Position numbers and translations under genes: made by a program. Shown here piece by piece: positions 1-11,051 of a stretch of 64,000 nucleotides of DNA; positions within the stretch are counted from its first letter, which is position 1, and every line of letters starts with the position of its first letter. Below the pieces are notes generated by a model, which did no database searches, was not told the DNA's origin, and worked only from the letters and a program-made list of their open reading frames with translations. Source of the stretch: Octopus sinensis (Eukaryota); assembly GCF_006345805.1 (NCBI RefSeq), contig NC_043012.1:1240001-1304000 (forward strand), written 5' to 3'.

Positions 1-46
1 AAACGGAAACTGAAAGAGGCCCATCATATATATATATATATATAAA

Positions 47-330
47 AAATAATATGTTACATTACTCAATAGTCAAGATAAAACTCTGAGTTTCAGATGC
101 CGAATTGGAAATCCACAACACCATCTCTTCGGTTATCTGGCCATCTGAAAAACGCTATGAAAAAATACCGCTATATAAAGGGAAATTATTGTATTATAAT
201 TCTGCTCATAAACCCACGAGTTTTATCTTGACTATTGAGTAATGTAACATTATTTTATAGATAAATTTCCTCTATTTACATAATATTGAGGTCTCTTTCT
301 TTCTTTTGTTATCTTACCTTTTTTACCAAT
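47..330 (-). mobile_element. Short fold-back element carrying an HHR-like motif (Penelope-like remnant)
   Basis: About 40 bp inverted arms (about 50-86 and 221-257), flanked by (TA)n; HHR-like motif at 76-138. Confidence 0.5.
76..138 (-). ncRNA. Type I HHR-like motif, variant core CCGAAGA
   Basis: Minus strand reads AGAUAA CCGAAGA GAUG..CAUC U GAAA CUC A GAG UU UUAUCU: 6-bp stem I, long stem II, GUU site, one extra U before GAAA. Confidence 0.5.
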
Positions 331-453
331 ATATATATATATATGTATGTATGTATATGTTTGTGTGTCTGTGTTTGCCCCATCAACATCGATTGACAAC
401 TGCTGTGGTCAATATAGCCTTTCATCTTTTTGAGGTCAATTAAATAAGTACCA

Positions 454-808
454 ATTAATTTAAATTAATTACATATCATGTTTTCTTCAGTGCAAGAAGT
501 ATACAACAATAGTCATTATTATTACAGGACACTTGATGAAGGAGACAGCAGATAACAAATTCGGATATACATATTATATCCTTATGAAAAAATTGAGAGC
601 ATTCTAAAGAATGTTGTCCAGTTTTAGCTTATACATTACTAGGCTCAACATTCTTTAGAATACTCTCAATTTTTTCATAAGGATATAATATGTATATCCG
701 AATTCGTTATCTGCTGTCTCCTTCATCAAGTGTCCTGTAATAATAATAACTATTGCTGTATACTTCTTGCACTGAAGAAAATGTGATATGTAATTAATTT
801 AAATTAAT
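454..808. repeat. Long fold-back (163-bp arms, 29-nt loop)
   Basis: 454-616 is the near-perfect reverse complement of 646-808. Confidence 0.9.
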
Positions 809-1000
809 CAAATTAATTATAATTATTCTACCATGTTATTTACATGATTAATATCACTGTTCGCAATGATTGTATGCTTGTAATAAAATTCTTTCAAATT
901 TTAACTTTTTTCCCCCTTTTTTTTTAACATATTTGTTGAGTTTCTATGGGATACTCTTTCCATGAATTCCCATAAAACACCATATATATATATATATATA

Positions 1001-1150
1001 CTTTATTTAAAAAACTGTCCGATGAACGGCAACCTGAAACTCAGAGTAACAGGTTTTGTTGAATTTTCTGCTGCTTTAAATAAAGCATATTACTCTACCA
1101 CTGGTATTTAAGTACTCTTTTTTCCACCTTGTTTCACATTTATGTGTTTA
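1001..1150 (+). mobile_element. HHR family 1 short element
   Basis: Same sequence family as 10778-10985, 39310-39460 and 62370-62550; flanked by TA repeats. Confidence 0.7.
1011..1057 (+). ncRNA. Minimal type I HHR-like motif (family 1)
   Basis: AAAACUGU CCGAUGA ACG GCAA CCU GAAA CUC A GAG UA ACAGGUUUU. Confidence 0.6.
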
Positions 1151-1249
1151 CTCCGGTATATATATATATATACATACATACATACATACATACATACATA
1201 CATACAGATATATATATATATACATACAAACACACACACACACACACAC

Positions 1250-1400
1250 AATGAGCTTCTTTCAGTTTTCGTCTATCAAATCCACTCAGAAGGCTTTTGT
1301 CAGTCCATAGCTATAGTAGCAGACATTTTCCCAATGTTCCATGCACTGAGACTGAACCTGGAGCCTTGTGGTTGGGAAGCAAGCTTCTTACCACACAGCC
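1250..1400 (-). mobile_element. SINE family A, degenerate 5' half
   Basis: Reverse complement of ggctgtgtggtaagaagcttgc..gaaaactgaaagaagc. Confidence 0.75.
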
Positions 1401-2204
1401 AGTAAGAAATTATATCTAAAGATGTTCCTGAAACACAAAGCTACATGTGAGCTAGGGTAATATTTACATCTTGAAACATAGATTAAGCGGGATACATATA
1501 AGTGTTCATCCGGGATAGGATCCTAGTCTTCAGTTGGCAGGTAACTTACTATGGAAGATCTCAGTTTTTTAAAGTGAAAAGAATGGATTTGTCTCGATTT
1601 CATCGACAAGTATTTAGATGTTTGATCACCTGAACTACCTGTTCCTCTAATTAGCATGTAAGTGGTTGCATATACCACATACATGTGGAATCTTAATGTA
1701 ATCTTTTGACAGAATCAACGCAACACACGTAAATAGATACACACTCGAATACATACATTTTCATACAAATATGCATACAATAACACATGCAAATGCACAC
1801 ACATAAACCCACATACACACATACACTTATATACAAATATACACAAATACATCATACCCTCACATACAAGCATACATGCATACAGCTACATAAAAACGTA
1901 GATGTATACACCCACATAAAAGCATACATACGCAAGCACATCCAAACATCCAAACACGTATACAACTACATACTAGCATACACGCATGCACAGATACACA
2001 TCCACACAGTTACAAGCTCACGCACGCACACACACATGCACGCACACACAAACGTACACATAAAAATACACACACACACACCTTTGTGTACTAGCATATA
2101 CATACACATACATACACCCACACTGTTGCCAATTTGGCTAAGATTCAAGCTTAATAAATAAGTGATCGATAAAGCTGATGTCTAACGAATACTACAAGGG
2201 GAGG

Positions 2205-2465
2205 GGGTAGTGGTGGTGGTGGTGGTGGTGGTGGCGGCGACGGCAGCGACGGTGGTGGTGGTGATTGTGGTGGTAATTGTGGTGGTGATGGTGGTGGTGG
2301 TGGTGGTGGTGGCGGCGACGGTGGTGGTGGTGATTGTGGTGGTAGTTGTGATGGTAGTGGTGGTGGTGATGGTGGTGGTGGTGGTGGCAGCAATAGTAGT
2401 AGTAGAAGTGGTTGTTGTGATTGTAGTAGTAATAGTACTGGTGGTGGTGGTGGTGGTGGTAGTCA
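2205..2465. repeat. (GGT)n/(GTA)n triplet microsatellite
   Basis: Direct reading; source of the poly-Pro, poly-His and poly-Val ORFs. Confidence 0.95.
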
Positions 2466-2721
2466 GAGAAGGAAGAAGGGGAGGAAATGAGATTAGGTGA
2501 TGGCAAGAGTAAGAAGGAGCGAGTTGATGTCCGTTTCTTTATTGTTCTCAAAAGAGGAGAAACGGTGACGACTGTTCACCTTGAGATGACCACTCGTTCA
2601 ACATCTAACGATTCTTGAAATGCAGGTAATCAATAAGGTGGCTGTCGTTCATATATTTGACTTAACAAACTTTGTCCTTAATAATATTTCTTGAATCCAG
2701 CGCATTGTTGACAATGTTGCC

Positions 2722-2722
2722 G

Positions 2723-2754
<32 letters not shown>

Positions 2755-3265
2755 CATCATTTAATGTCCAGTCTCCATGCTGGCATGGGTTGGATGGTTT
2801 GTTATGGAGCTGACCATCTGAGAAGCGTCCAGACTCCAACTGCCTCTTGTGGCATGGTTTCTACAGCTGGATGCTCTTCTTAATGCCCAACACTTAACAG
2901 AGTGTGCTGGGAGGTTTTTATGTGCCACCAGCATGGGTGAATTTACACAGTAGGGGCATGGGTGCTTTTTTAAGTGCCACCAGCACCTGAAAGGCTGAAC
3001 CTGTATGTGCGGAAGACAGGGGTTTTGCTTAGCTTGAAGTATTTTCTCAAATACAGCAAATTGCCACATCTCCCAGGCCCTTGTCATTTGTTCAGTGAGG
3101 CCCAGTGTCTGACCACATTGTGCCACATCTTCCTGAGTCTACCCTTTCCATAATTAGAGCTTGGCACTTCTTTATGCAGCTGTCCTCAACCATATGCCTC
3201 ACATGATCAAATTGGTGCAGTCTTCTCTCTTGCACACAACTTCTGATGCCTCTTGATGTTGTTGA
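2722..3265 (-). mobile_element. RTE LINE 3' fragment (ORF end, 3' UTR and (ATG)n tail)
   Basis: catcatcatttaatgtcc..ccatgctggcatgggttggatgg..ctacagctggatgc matches the 3' end of the LINE at 39506-41876. Confidence 0.75.
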
Positions 3266-3371
3266 TATTGTTATTGTTTGGCCACAGGTCAGTGTTAATC
3301 AGGCCAATTCAGATAAAGTATATTGAGATCTACAAAAAGAACAGTAACCTTCACAAGTCATACTCATAAGC

Positions 3372-3570
3372 GCCAGTTTTTCGGTTTCATGGCAGAGATA
3401 TTAGCCTGGACCGTTGCAGGATAACTCCTTTTGCCAGCTGAGTGGACTGGAGCAATGTGAAATGAAGTGTTTTGCTCAAGAAGACAACTCATTGACCAGC
3501 TGAGGAATCGAAACCACAATCTTACAATCATGAGTCCAATACTCTAACCACTAACCTGCATGTCTCCACT
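3372..3570 (-). mobile_element. SINE family E
   Basis: Matches 56161-56409 (ccagctgagtggactggagcaa.gtgaaatgaagtgttttgctcaag). Confidence 0.75.
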
Positions 3571-4206
3571 ATTGAGATCTACAGTGTCCAGTCCACGATT
3601 TCTTTTTTTGAAGATTGTATCTTCATCCATTATCATTTGCATGTTTCATTCAGTGGAGTGCGCCCCATACTAGGGCACTGCCTGCAAGGGTCTTATTGTG
3701 CAAATGAACTTCTAACTTAACAGCAAAAAAATCAAACCAACATTAGGGGTCAAGAGCTGTGATGGGATATAAGCACAAAGATACATACGCATCAATATAT
3801 ACACGCACACACAAACACATGCACATCATCATCATCATCATTATTATTATTATTATTATTTAAAGCAGTTTGATGTGGCCCCACACTACTTGTTATTTGT
3901 TGGTAGTATATTTATAATTATGTATACACACACACACACATCTATTTATATATACAAATATATACACGAAGACATATACACTTAGGTACCAAATACAATA
4001 TAAAGCACAGATCCAACTCAGGGTTTTATCATTATGGTAGTTTTCTGCACTGGTCATCATCTTCCTCTCTATTTTATTTGTTTTTATGTTTTAAAATTTA
4101 CCTGATCATGGGTGGGAGGTGGGGGTTCAATGAGATAATCTAAGAATGTATCGATAAAATGTTGCTGAAACAGCTGTTGTGAATTTTGAACCCCACTTGT
4201 GTATTT

Positions 4207-4239
<33 letters not shown>

Positions 4240-4243
<4 letters not shown>

Positions 4244-4352
4244 AGTTGATCCAAACATGAAAACACACAGAGAAAGCACAACAACGCGAGGACATGGAAC
4301 AAGTATAGTGTTATTGGACGCTCAGGAAGGAAGGGAAGACAGAGGAAAAAAT
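4240..4352. mobile_element. Internally deleted copy of the 61300-61625 element
   Basis: caacaacgcgaggacatggaacaa.tatagtgttattggacgctcaggaaggaagggaagacagaggaaaaaatcgccaa. Confidence 0.8.
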
Positions 4353-4519
4353 CGCCAATGATACACACACACACACACACACACATGTATGTATGTATGT
4401 ATGTATGTATGTATGTATGTATGTGTGTATAAACTGAGATATGTTTCAGCCAAAAGTAACCAAGGCCATGTCTAACTTTATAGTACCACCTGACAGAATC
4501 TGTTGAGTTGTTTTTAAGT

Positions 4520-4700
4520 CAAGCTTTGTGGTATGAAAGCATGTTCAATTAGGGAGTTGCTGATGGCTGAACTGTATCCATGTATAACTAGTTTGTCTGT
4601 TACTCTTTGAAGAAATTTCTCTAGACGTCCTTTGAATGTAATGTGATCTTTTTCTGTTTGGATTTGTTTGGGGATAATATTGATTTCAAATTTTGGCACA
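4520..4700 (-). mobile_element. CR1-clade LINE ORF2 C-terminal fragment
   Basis: Translation IQTEKDHITFKGRLEKFLQRVTDKLVIHGYSSAISNSLIE resembles the CR1-type end (FK..LD.FL..V.D.P...GY....NSL). Confidence 0.5.
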
Positions 4701-5039
4701 TGGACAGTAATTTTCGGGGCAAGGGATATGTTGATTATATTGACCCTAGGTACTTGATTGTTTGTCATGAGAGGCAATTGGAAGAGTTCATGTCAGAAAG
4801 GGAATTTGGCCATAAAAAAAAAAACACAACTGCCTCAAGACAAACCCTGTGCAATCCATGCCAGAACAGACAAAGAGGATTTAAAAATAATAATAATAAT
4901 GACGATGCATTACAACCATGTGTTTATTAAATATATATATTTCATCATCATCATCGTTGTCATGTCTTACATCCGCTTTCCATGCTGGCATGGGTTGGAT
5001 GGTTATATATGTACATATATATATATACATATGCACACA

Positions 5040-5185
5040 CAAAATATAGGGGTTCGGCAAAAGAGGCCGATAGAATAAGTACTAGGCTTACAAAGAATAA
5101 GTCCTGGGGTCGATTTCTTCAATTTAAGGTGGTGCTCCAGCATGGCCACAGTCAATTGACTGAAACAAGTAAAAGAATAAAGGAG
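5040..5185 (+). mobile_element. SINE family A, 3' half
   Basis: ggttcggcaaaagag.ccgatagaataagtactaggcttacaaagaataagtcc..gactgaaacaagtaaaaga. Confidence 0.85.
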
Positions 5186-5848
5186 TATATAACAAATGAA
5201 AGACAGAAGATGGAATATTCGAGAATGTATTATTAATCACAATTGTTTCCACACATCTAACATCGACTCCTCTTGTGGGACACACGAAAACTGGGACAGG
5301 AGTATCTGGTGGTGTAGACGTATCTCGTCAGGTGATAAATAAATAAAAAAAAAACTCGTTCAAATGACTGTTTCAAAATGCAACTCTTCGTTTTGCAGAG
5401 AGAAAAACAGCCAGACAGAGGAAAATTCTTCATATATATAGAAGATCCAAAAATATAATTGCAGAAGACAAAATGAGAAATGATAACTTAATCCAATGAG
5501 AATAGTATACATGTGAGTGTGTGTGTGTGTGTGTGTGTTGTGTGTGTGTGTGCGTGCGTGCGTAGAAGGTTGAAAAGGAACACATGAGATGAAAAGGAAT
5601 ACATGAGGTAGAAAATGTGAAAATAATTTTATAAAAAAAAAACCATTTTTGTACCAGTTTCAGTCACTGAGACTTTTTCAACTGTAAGTATGGAAAACAC
5701 TTAAAATTTGGAAAAATTAAAAGAAAAGCTTTTTTAAAAGAATATTTGCGTAGTATTCAAATACAAGGGGCATTTTCCTTCTTTCTGCCTGTCTCTGTCT
5801 CTCTCTTCTTTACTCTTGTGAGTTTGAGGTCTTTGTGAATTCTTGGCA

Positions 5849-5985
5849 GAGAAGAAGAAGAAGAAGAAGAAGAAGAAGAAGAAGAAGAAGAAGAGAGAAG
5901 AAGAAGAAGAAGAACAAGAAGAACAAGAACAAGAACAAGAACAAGAAGAGAAGAAGAACAAGAACAAGAACAAGAACAAGAAGAG
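5849..5985. repeat. (AAG)n/(AAGAAC)n microsatellite
   Basis: Direct reading. Confidence 0.95.
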
Positions 5986-6136
5986 GAATGTGGGCGTGGT
6001 ATTATAGTAGGATGTTAAATGGTCGTGTGCCCTGAAAGTGACTTGTTGTAGATGGTAATAGTGACTGAATTCTTGAGGTAACAGTTTTGAATGTATATAT
6101 ATATATGTGTATATATATATGTGTATATATATTTGT

Positions 6137-6519
6137 GGAGGCGCAATGGCCCAGTGGTTAGGGCAGCGGACTCGCGGTCATAGGATCGCGGTTTCGATTC
6201 CCAGACCGGGCGTTGTGAGTGTTTATTGAGCGAAAACACCTAAAGCTCCACGAGGCTCCGACAGGGGATGGTGGTGATCCCTGCTGTACTCTTTCACCAC
6301 AACTTTCACTCGCTCTTACTTCCTGTTTCTGTTGTACCTGTATTTCAAAGGGCCGGCCTTGTCACTCTCTGTGTCACGCTGAATATCTCCGAGAACTATG
6401 TTAAGGGTACACGTGTCTGTGGAGTGCTCAGCCACTTACACGTTAATTTCACGAGCAGGCTGTTCCGTTGATCGGATCAACCGGAACCCTCGTCCGTCGT
6501 AACCGACGGAGTGCTTCCA
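6137..6519 (+). mobile_element. SINE family C, full length (tRNA-derived head; possibly an octopus OR-type SINE)
   Basis: Pol III A box tggcccagtgg and B box gtttcgattcc; homologous copies at 36369-36740 and 37278-37581. Confidence 0.85.
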
Positions 6520-6527
6520 TCCATTCC

Positions 6528-6605
<78 letters not shown>

Positions 6606-6608
6606 GTA

Positions 6609-6644
<36 letters not shown>

Positions 6645-6950
6645 TGTATGTATGTATGTATGTATGCATGTTTGTATGTGTTTGTGTATATATAAATGCA
6701 TGTATGTATATGCATATATATCTATATCTCTCTCGCTTATATATACATATATATACTATATATACACATATATATATACATACATATATACATACATATA
6801 TATACATATATACATATATATGTGTGTGTATATGCATATATGTATATGCACACATACATATGTATACACACAAGCATATATATATATACATACATACATA
6901 TATGTGTGTGTGTGCGTATGTGTATATATATATATATACACATATGGATT
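6520..6950. repeat. Compound (TA)n/(TATG)n/(TG)n microsatellite
   Basis: Direct reading. Confidence 0.95.
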
Positions 6951-7906
6951 ATACAGAGTTAGTTAGACACACAGATAGATAGGTTGATTAGTAGGCAGTA
7001 CACAGTCATAATCATGACTATGTAGTGTGAAACATATGTGAAATATGCGTGTATAATAGTCTTTGTGTTTGCATGTGTATGTGAGTATGTGTGTGTCGAT
7101 GTGTAAAATAAAACGTTCAACTCTACTCTGTACCAAACAACATCGAACCATGAGAAAGTTGTACTTTTAAAAGTTGACCTCCTTCAGTTTTATTTTCAAT
7201 CAGCTATTTGTGTAAATTTTACTTTCTTATACTTATCAATATCAATATACATATATACATACATACACCACACTCATATATACATATATCTACATATATG
7301 TGTGTGTGTGTGTGTATATTTATATATAGATGTGTATGTGTATATATACATATTCATATATATTATATGATATATGATGTGTGCATATATAACATATGTG
7401 TATATCTGTATGCATTGGTAGGAATATCTATTTACTTATCTATCTTTGTACCTACTTATCTTCATCTTTCTATTTATGAATGAGTTTACCTCTGTATCTA
7501 TCATCCTACATATAAACAGATACACACATACGCATACATACACACACATACACACACTAACAAATACACATACAAGCCTGCAGATATATACACACGCAAG
7601 TGTGTACATTAGGAAAGTAGCTCGTCTTTTGTATTTTTCCCCCTCCGTTTCTTTGTTGGATTTTCCACTTCTCTTTCCTTATCTTCAATAATTATATTAT
7701 GATTTCTATAAACTCTTTCAACTTTCTTTTATGCCATTTTTTAAAATAATAAAAAATTTCCTTATCACTTTCATTTCATGTTTACATGCGTGTCTTCATA
7801 CATACATATAAATATATGAGTGCGTGCATGTATGTGTGTGTGTGTGTATGTCGTGTGTGCATGTGTGTGTGAGTGTGTGTGTGTGTGTGTTTGTGTGAGT
7901 GTGTGT

Positions 7907-8078
7907 AGGCACATGGCTTAGTTGTTAATATGTTGCACTGATAATCATAAGATTCTGGTTTTGATTTCTAAACTGGGCAATGTATTTTATTTTTGAGCAA
8001 AACATCTCATTTGACATAATTTAAGTGCACTCACCTGGAAAAATGAGTGATCCTGTGACAGATCGGTGTCTCTGCCCA
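7907..8078 (+). mobile_element. SINE family E, degenerate
   Basis: ggcacatggcttagttgtta..ttgagcaaaacatctcattt.. aligns to the reverse complement of 56161-56409. Confidence 0.55.
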
Positions 8079-8554
8079 GAAAGGGAATATGTGTATGTGT
8101 GTTGGTGTGTGTGTGTGTGCGTGTGTGTGTGGGTGTGTGTGTGGGTGTGATTTTTCGGACTCATGAGTATATGTCATTTAGTGTGTTGAGTAAAGCACAT
8201 CCACAGTTTGGGCTACCTGGTGTCATCCATGGTTGGGGCATATTTCCTCGGGACCTACATCAGGAATTCTGCAGGAATTTAGCCAGTTATAACCAAAATA
8301 CAGCAGGCAAGAACAACATGCCCAGGACAACTCAGTATATCTAGAGGGACATCCCTTTCTTTATGCATGTATCTGATGTGATACAAACTGCACAAATTGA
8401 TGCAACACAGTCAGATGCACAATATGCTACCCATAACAGACAGCTGCAGGATGGGCCAAAATGATCGTTGTACTGAATAAAGACTATTGCTGAATCTATC
8501 TTCTGTTTCCTTCATCAATTATTATTATTATTATTATTATTTTATATATATATA

Positions 8555-8673
8555 TTGGCCTGCTCGCTTAGCCAGCGGGGTGGCATCATTTGAAGGCTAA
8601 AACAATGTGAAGCGCATTGTGACCAGCGATGTGTAGCAACATCTGATAGCCTGGTTGGTCACGTGATTACGTG
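8555..8673 (+). mobile_element. 3' tail of the family C variant
   Basis: Matches 37463-37581 (gcttagccagcggggtggc.tcatt.gaag.ctaaaacaatg..ggtcac.tgat.acgtga). Confidence 0.75.
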
Positions 8674-8743
8674 ATATATGTATATATATATATATGTATG
8701 TTTGTATGTATATGTGTATGTATATGTGTGTATATATATATAA

Positions 8744-8967
8744 ACTCTTTTACTCTTTTACTTGTTTCAGTCATTTGACTGTGGCCATGCTGGAGCACCA
8801 CCTTTAGTCGAGCAAATCGACCCTGGGACTTATTCTTTATAAGCCCAGTACTTATTCTTTATAAGCCCAGTACTTATTCTATCGGTCTCTTTTGCCGAAC
8901 CGCTAAGTGACGGGGACGTAAACGCACCAGCATCGGTTGTCAAGCAATGCTAGGAGGACAAACACAT

Positions 8968-8998
<31 letters not shown>

Positions 8999-9170
8999 CA
9001 TATATATGACAGGCTTCTGTCAGTTTCCGTCTACCAAATCCACTCACAAGGCATTGGTCGGCCCGGGGCTATAGCAGAAGACACTTGCCCAAGATGCCAC
9101 GCAGTGGGACTGAACCTGGAACTATGTGGTTGGTTAGCAAGCTACTTACCACACAGCCACTCCTGCGCCT
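8744..9170 (-). mobile_element. SINE family A, full length (tRNA head, CORE-like ttgggcaagtgtctt box, internal microsatellite, AAGAGTA tail)
   Basis: About 20 near-identical copies in the window. Confidence 0.9.
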
Positions 9171-9189
9171 ATAATGTTTATAATGTTTA

Positions 9190-9686
9190 ATCATATCAAA
9201 GGGAAATGGAATTTAATTAAATTTAAAATATTCAATCAAAATTTACATTTCCAGTGGTCTAACGGGCAAAAAAGTTAGTTCATATAAACACGAGACAAGT
9301 AGCGGTGCTTGTCTTCTGTCTCTTATATGTTTAACCCTAGGCTGGACCTCGCCGAAGAAGACCAGACCTTGCGAGTTCTCCCGACTTGCTAAAAGAAGAT
9401 CAGAAACCAATTTGGTCCAGGGTACTAGAAGGTAAATGTTTTTCATTTCCAAATTTATTCCTGTCGAATTTTATCCGTTATTTTTGTGGTTTATAGAACC
9501 TAGATGTTCTCTCTAATGTGTTGAATCTCACGCTAAGTGGATTCCTTATGTGTATAAATATGCACTATATCGTATAACTAATATATAGTCTTCTTGACTA
9601 ATTTTTTTGCACGTTAGACCACTGGTATTGTAAATTTTGATTGAATATTTTAAATTTAATTAAATTCCATTTCCCTTTGATATGAT
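9190..9686. repeat. Fold-back element with 90-bp arms and an internal HHR-like motif
   Basis: 9190-9279 pairs with 9597-9686; CCGAAGA at 9352-9358, GAAA-CCAA-UUUGG-UC at 9403-9417. Confidence 0.75.
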
Positions 9687-9840
9687 TATATATATATATA
9701 TATATATAATTCAAAAAAAAAAATATATAAGAGATGGCCATAATAGGACATCTGTCTCACTAGAAAGAGCAGTTAAACTCCAAACCACTAATAGTTGTAA
9801 TACTGAAATGGAAAGAGAAATAAAAACGTTTACCCTATCA

Positions 9841-9922
9841 TTTCTGGACTATGCATAGTTTCGGTAATCTTTTGTAATTAAAATTAAATTATTTACGATT
9901 GGCGTTGCCTCTTCAGCAGAAA
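9841..9922 (-). ncRNA. Type I hammerhead ribozyme candidate with an intact canonical core
   Basis: UUUCUG CUGAAGA GG..(long stem II)..CC GAAA CUAUGCAUAG UC CAGAAA; predicted GUC cleavage between 9847 and 9846. Confidence 0.75.
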
Positions 9923-10504
9923 GCCAAGGCTAGCATATATCCACGAGGCGATAAGGACCATGCCTCGAGTCTATATGCTATAACTTTTCAAAATCCACCA
10001 CTCTCGCGCAGTTTCTCAGCAGTAAATATAACTGCTGATTTAATTTCAAAATTAGCCAAAAAATCCTTTTATCATTAATTAATAAATTTTAGGGTAGCAA
10101 AAAAATTCTCGTAAACTTCTCCGCCATGTATGTTCAAATATATGTATTTGAACATACACATACACAGAAACAAGACTCAGACATGAGAAGTGAGAGAGAG
10201 AGAGAAAAGGGGGAAGATATACAATCAGAGATAAAGTCATATATCAATAATTGATATGTCATCGTCATTGTTGTTATCACTACCATAATTATCTCCTTCA
10301 ACATTGTCATCATAACCATCATCACCACCAGTGCCACCACCATAATTATCCTCATGGTCATTATAATGATCACCATTTCAAATTGGGTTTTTTCTATTCT
10401 GTCATGCATTGGAAAAGGATTTCATAAACATAATCTTCCTGCCACTAATCCTTTCAGTTACCTTTCACAACACAAAGGGATGAAGAATACCAATTCTAAG
10501 AAGT

Positions 10505-10580
10505 GACTGGTTCCCAACCTGTGGTCTGTGGAACCCTGGTGGTCCACAAAAGTAATACTGGGGGTCCATAAACTAAATTT
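10505..10580 (+). mobile_element. hAT (Charlie-like) MITE end fragment
   Basis: ctggttcccaacctgtggtctgtggaaccctggtggtcc resembles hAT terminal sequence. Confidence 0.45.
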
Positions 10581-10599
10581 CAGGAGTGGATGTGTGAAT

Positions 10600-11009
10600 A
10601 GGCACAGGAGTGGCTGTGTGGTAAGAAGTTTGCTTACCAACCACATAATTCCAGGTTGAGTCCTACTGTGTGGCATCTTGGAAAAGTGTCTACTACTATA
10701 GCTTCAGGCCGACCAGAGCCTTGCAAGTGGATTTGGTAGATAGAAACTGAAAGAAGCCCATCATATATATATATATATACTTTAAAAAGCAGCAAAAATA
10801 TCACATTCCAGTTCGTCAGACAGTTTTGGTTAGATTCTTAACAAGACTGCAAGACTGTCCAACAAACAGGAACGTGAAACTCTGAGTAACAGTTTTTGTG
10901 ATATTTTTGCTGCTTTTTAATAAAGCATATTACTCTACCTCTGGTATTCGAGTACTACTTTTTCCACCTTGTTTCACATTTCTGTGATTACTCTAGCATA
11001 TATAGATAA

Positions 11010-11051
<42 letters not shown>

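Larger units (their letters stand above)
1..410 (+). mobile_element. SINE family A copy (5' end outside window), interrupted by a fold-back element in its internal TA tract
   Basis: ggaaactgaaaga..cc at 5-20 and gtgtctgtgtttgcccc..ttgacaac at 365-400 match the two halves of the other family A copies. Confidence 0.7.

Noticed and set aside
1440-1640. CTGAAGA on the minus strand near 1528 as an HHR
   Set aside because: No GAAA at the right position and stem I does not pair.
2520-2720. Possible exon (gcag|gtaatc donor on plus; short open frame on minus)
   Set aside because: Stops occur in the plausible frames and the splice signals are inconsistent.
4643-4930. 95-aa plus-strand ORF
   Set aside because: It is the antisense of a CR1-type fragment joined to a decayed RTE 3' end.
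5200-5460. Two small exons around a 68-nt GT-AG intron (5332-5399)
   Set aside because: No upstream acceptor or start, an early stop downstream, and no recognisable protein.
6137-6215. tRNA gene
   Set aside because: A and B boxes are present, but they continue into a multi-copy 380-bp body, so this is a SINE head. The same applies to the family A, B and E heads.
8204-8519. Solo LTR (TG..CA ends, aataaa near the 3' end)
   Set aside because: Single copy, no TSD, PBS or PPT found; the signals are too common to support a call.
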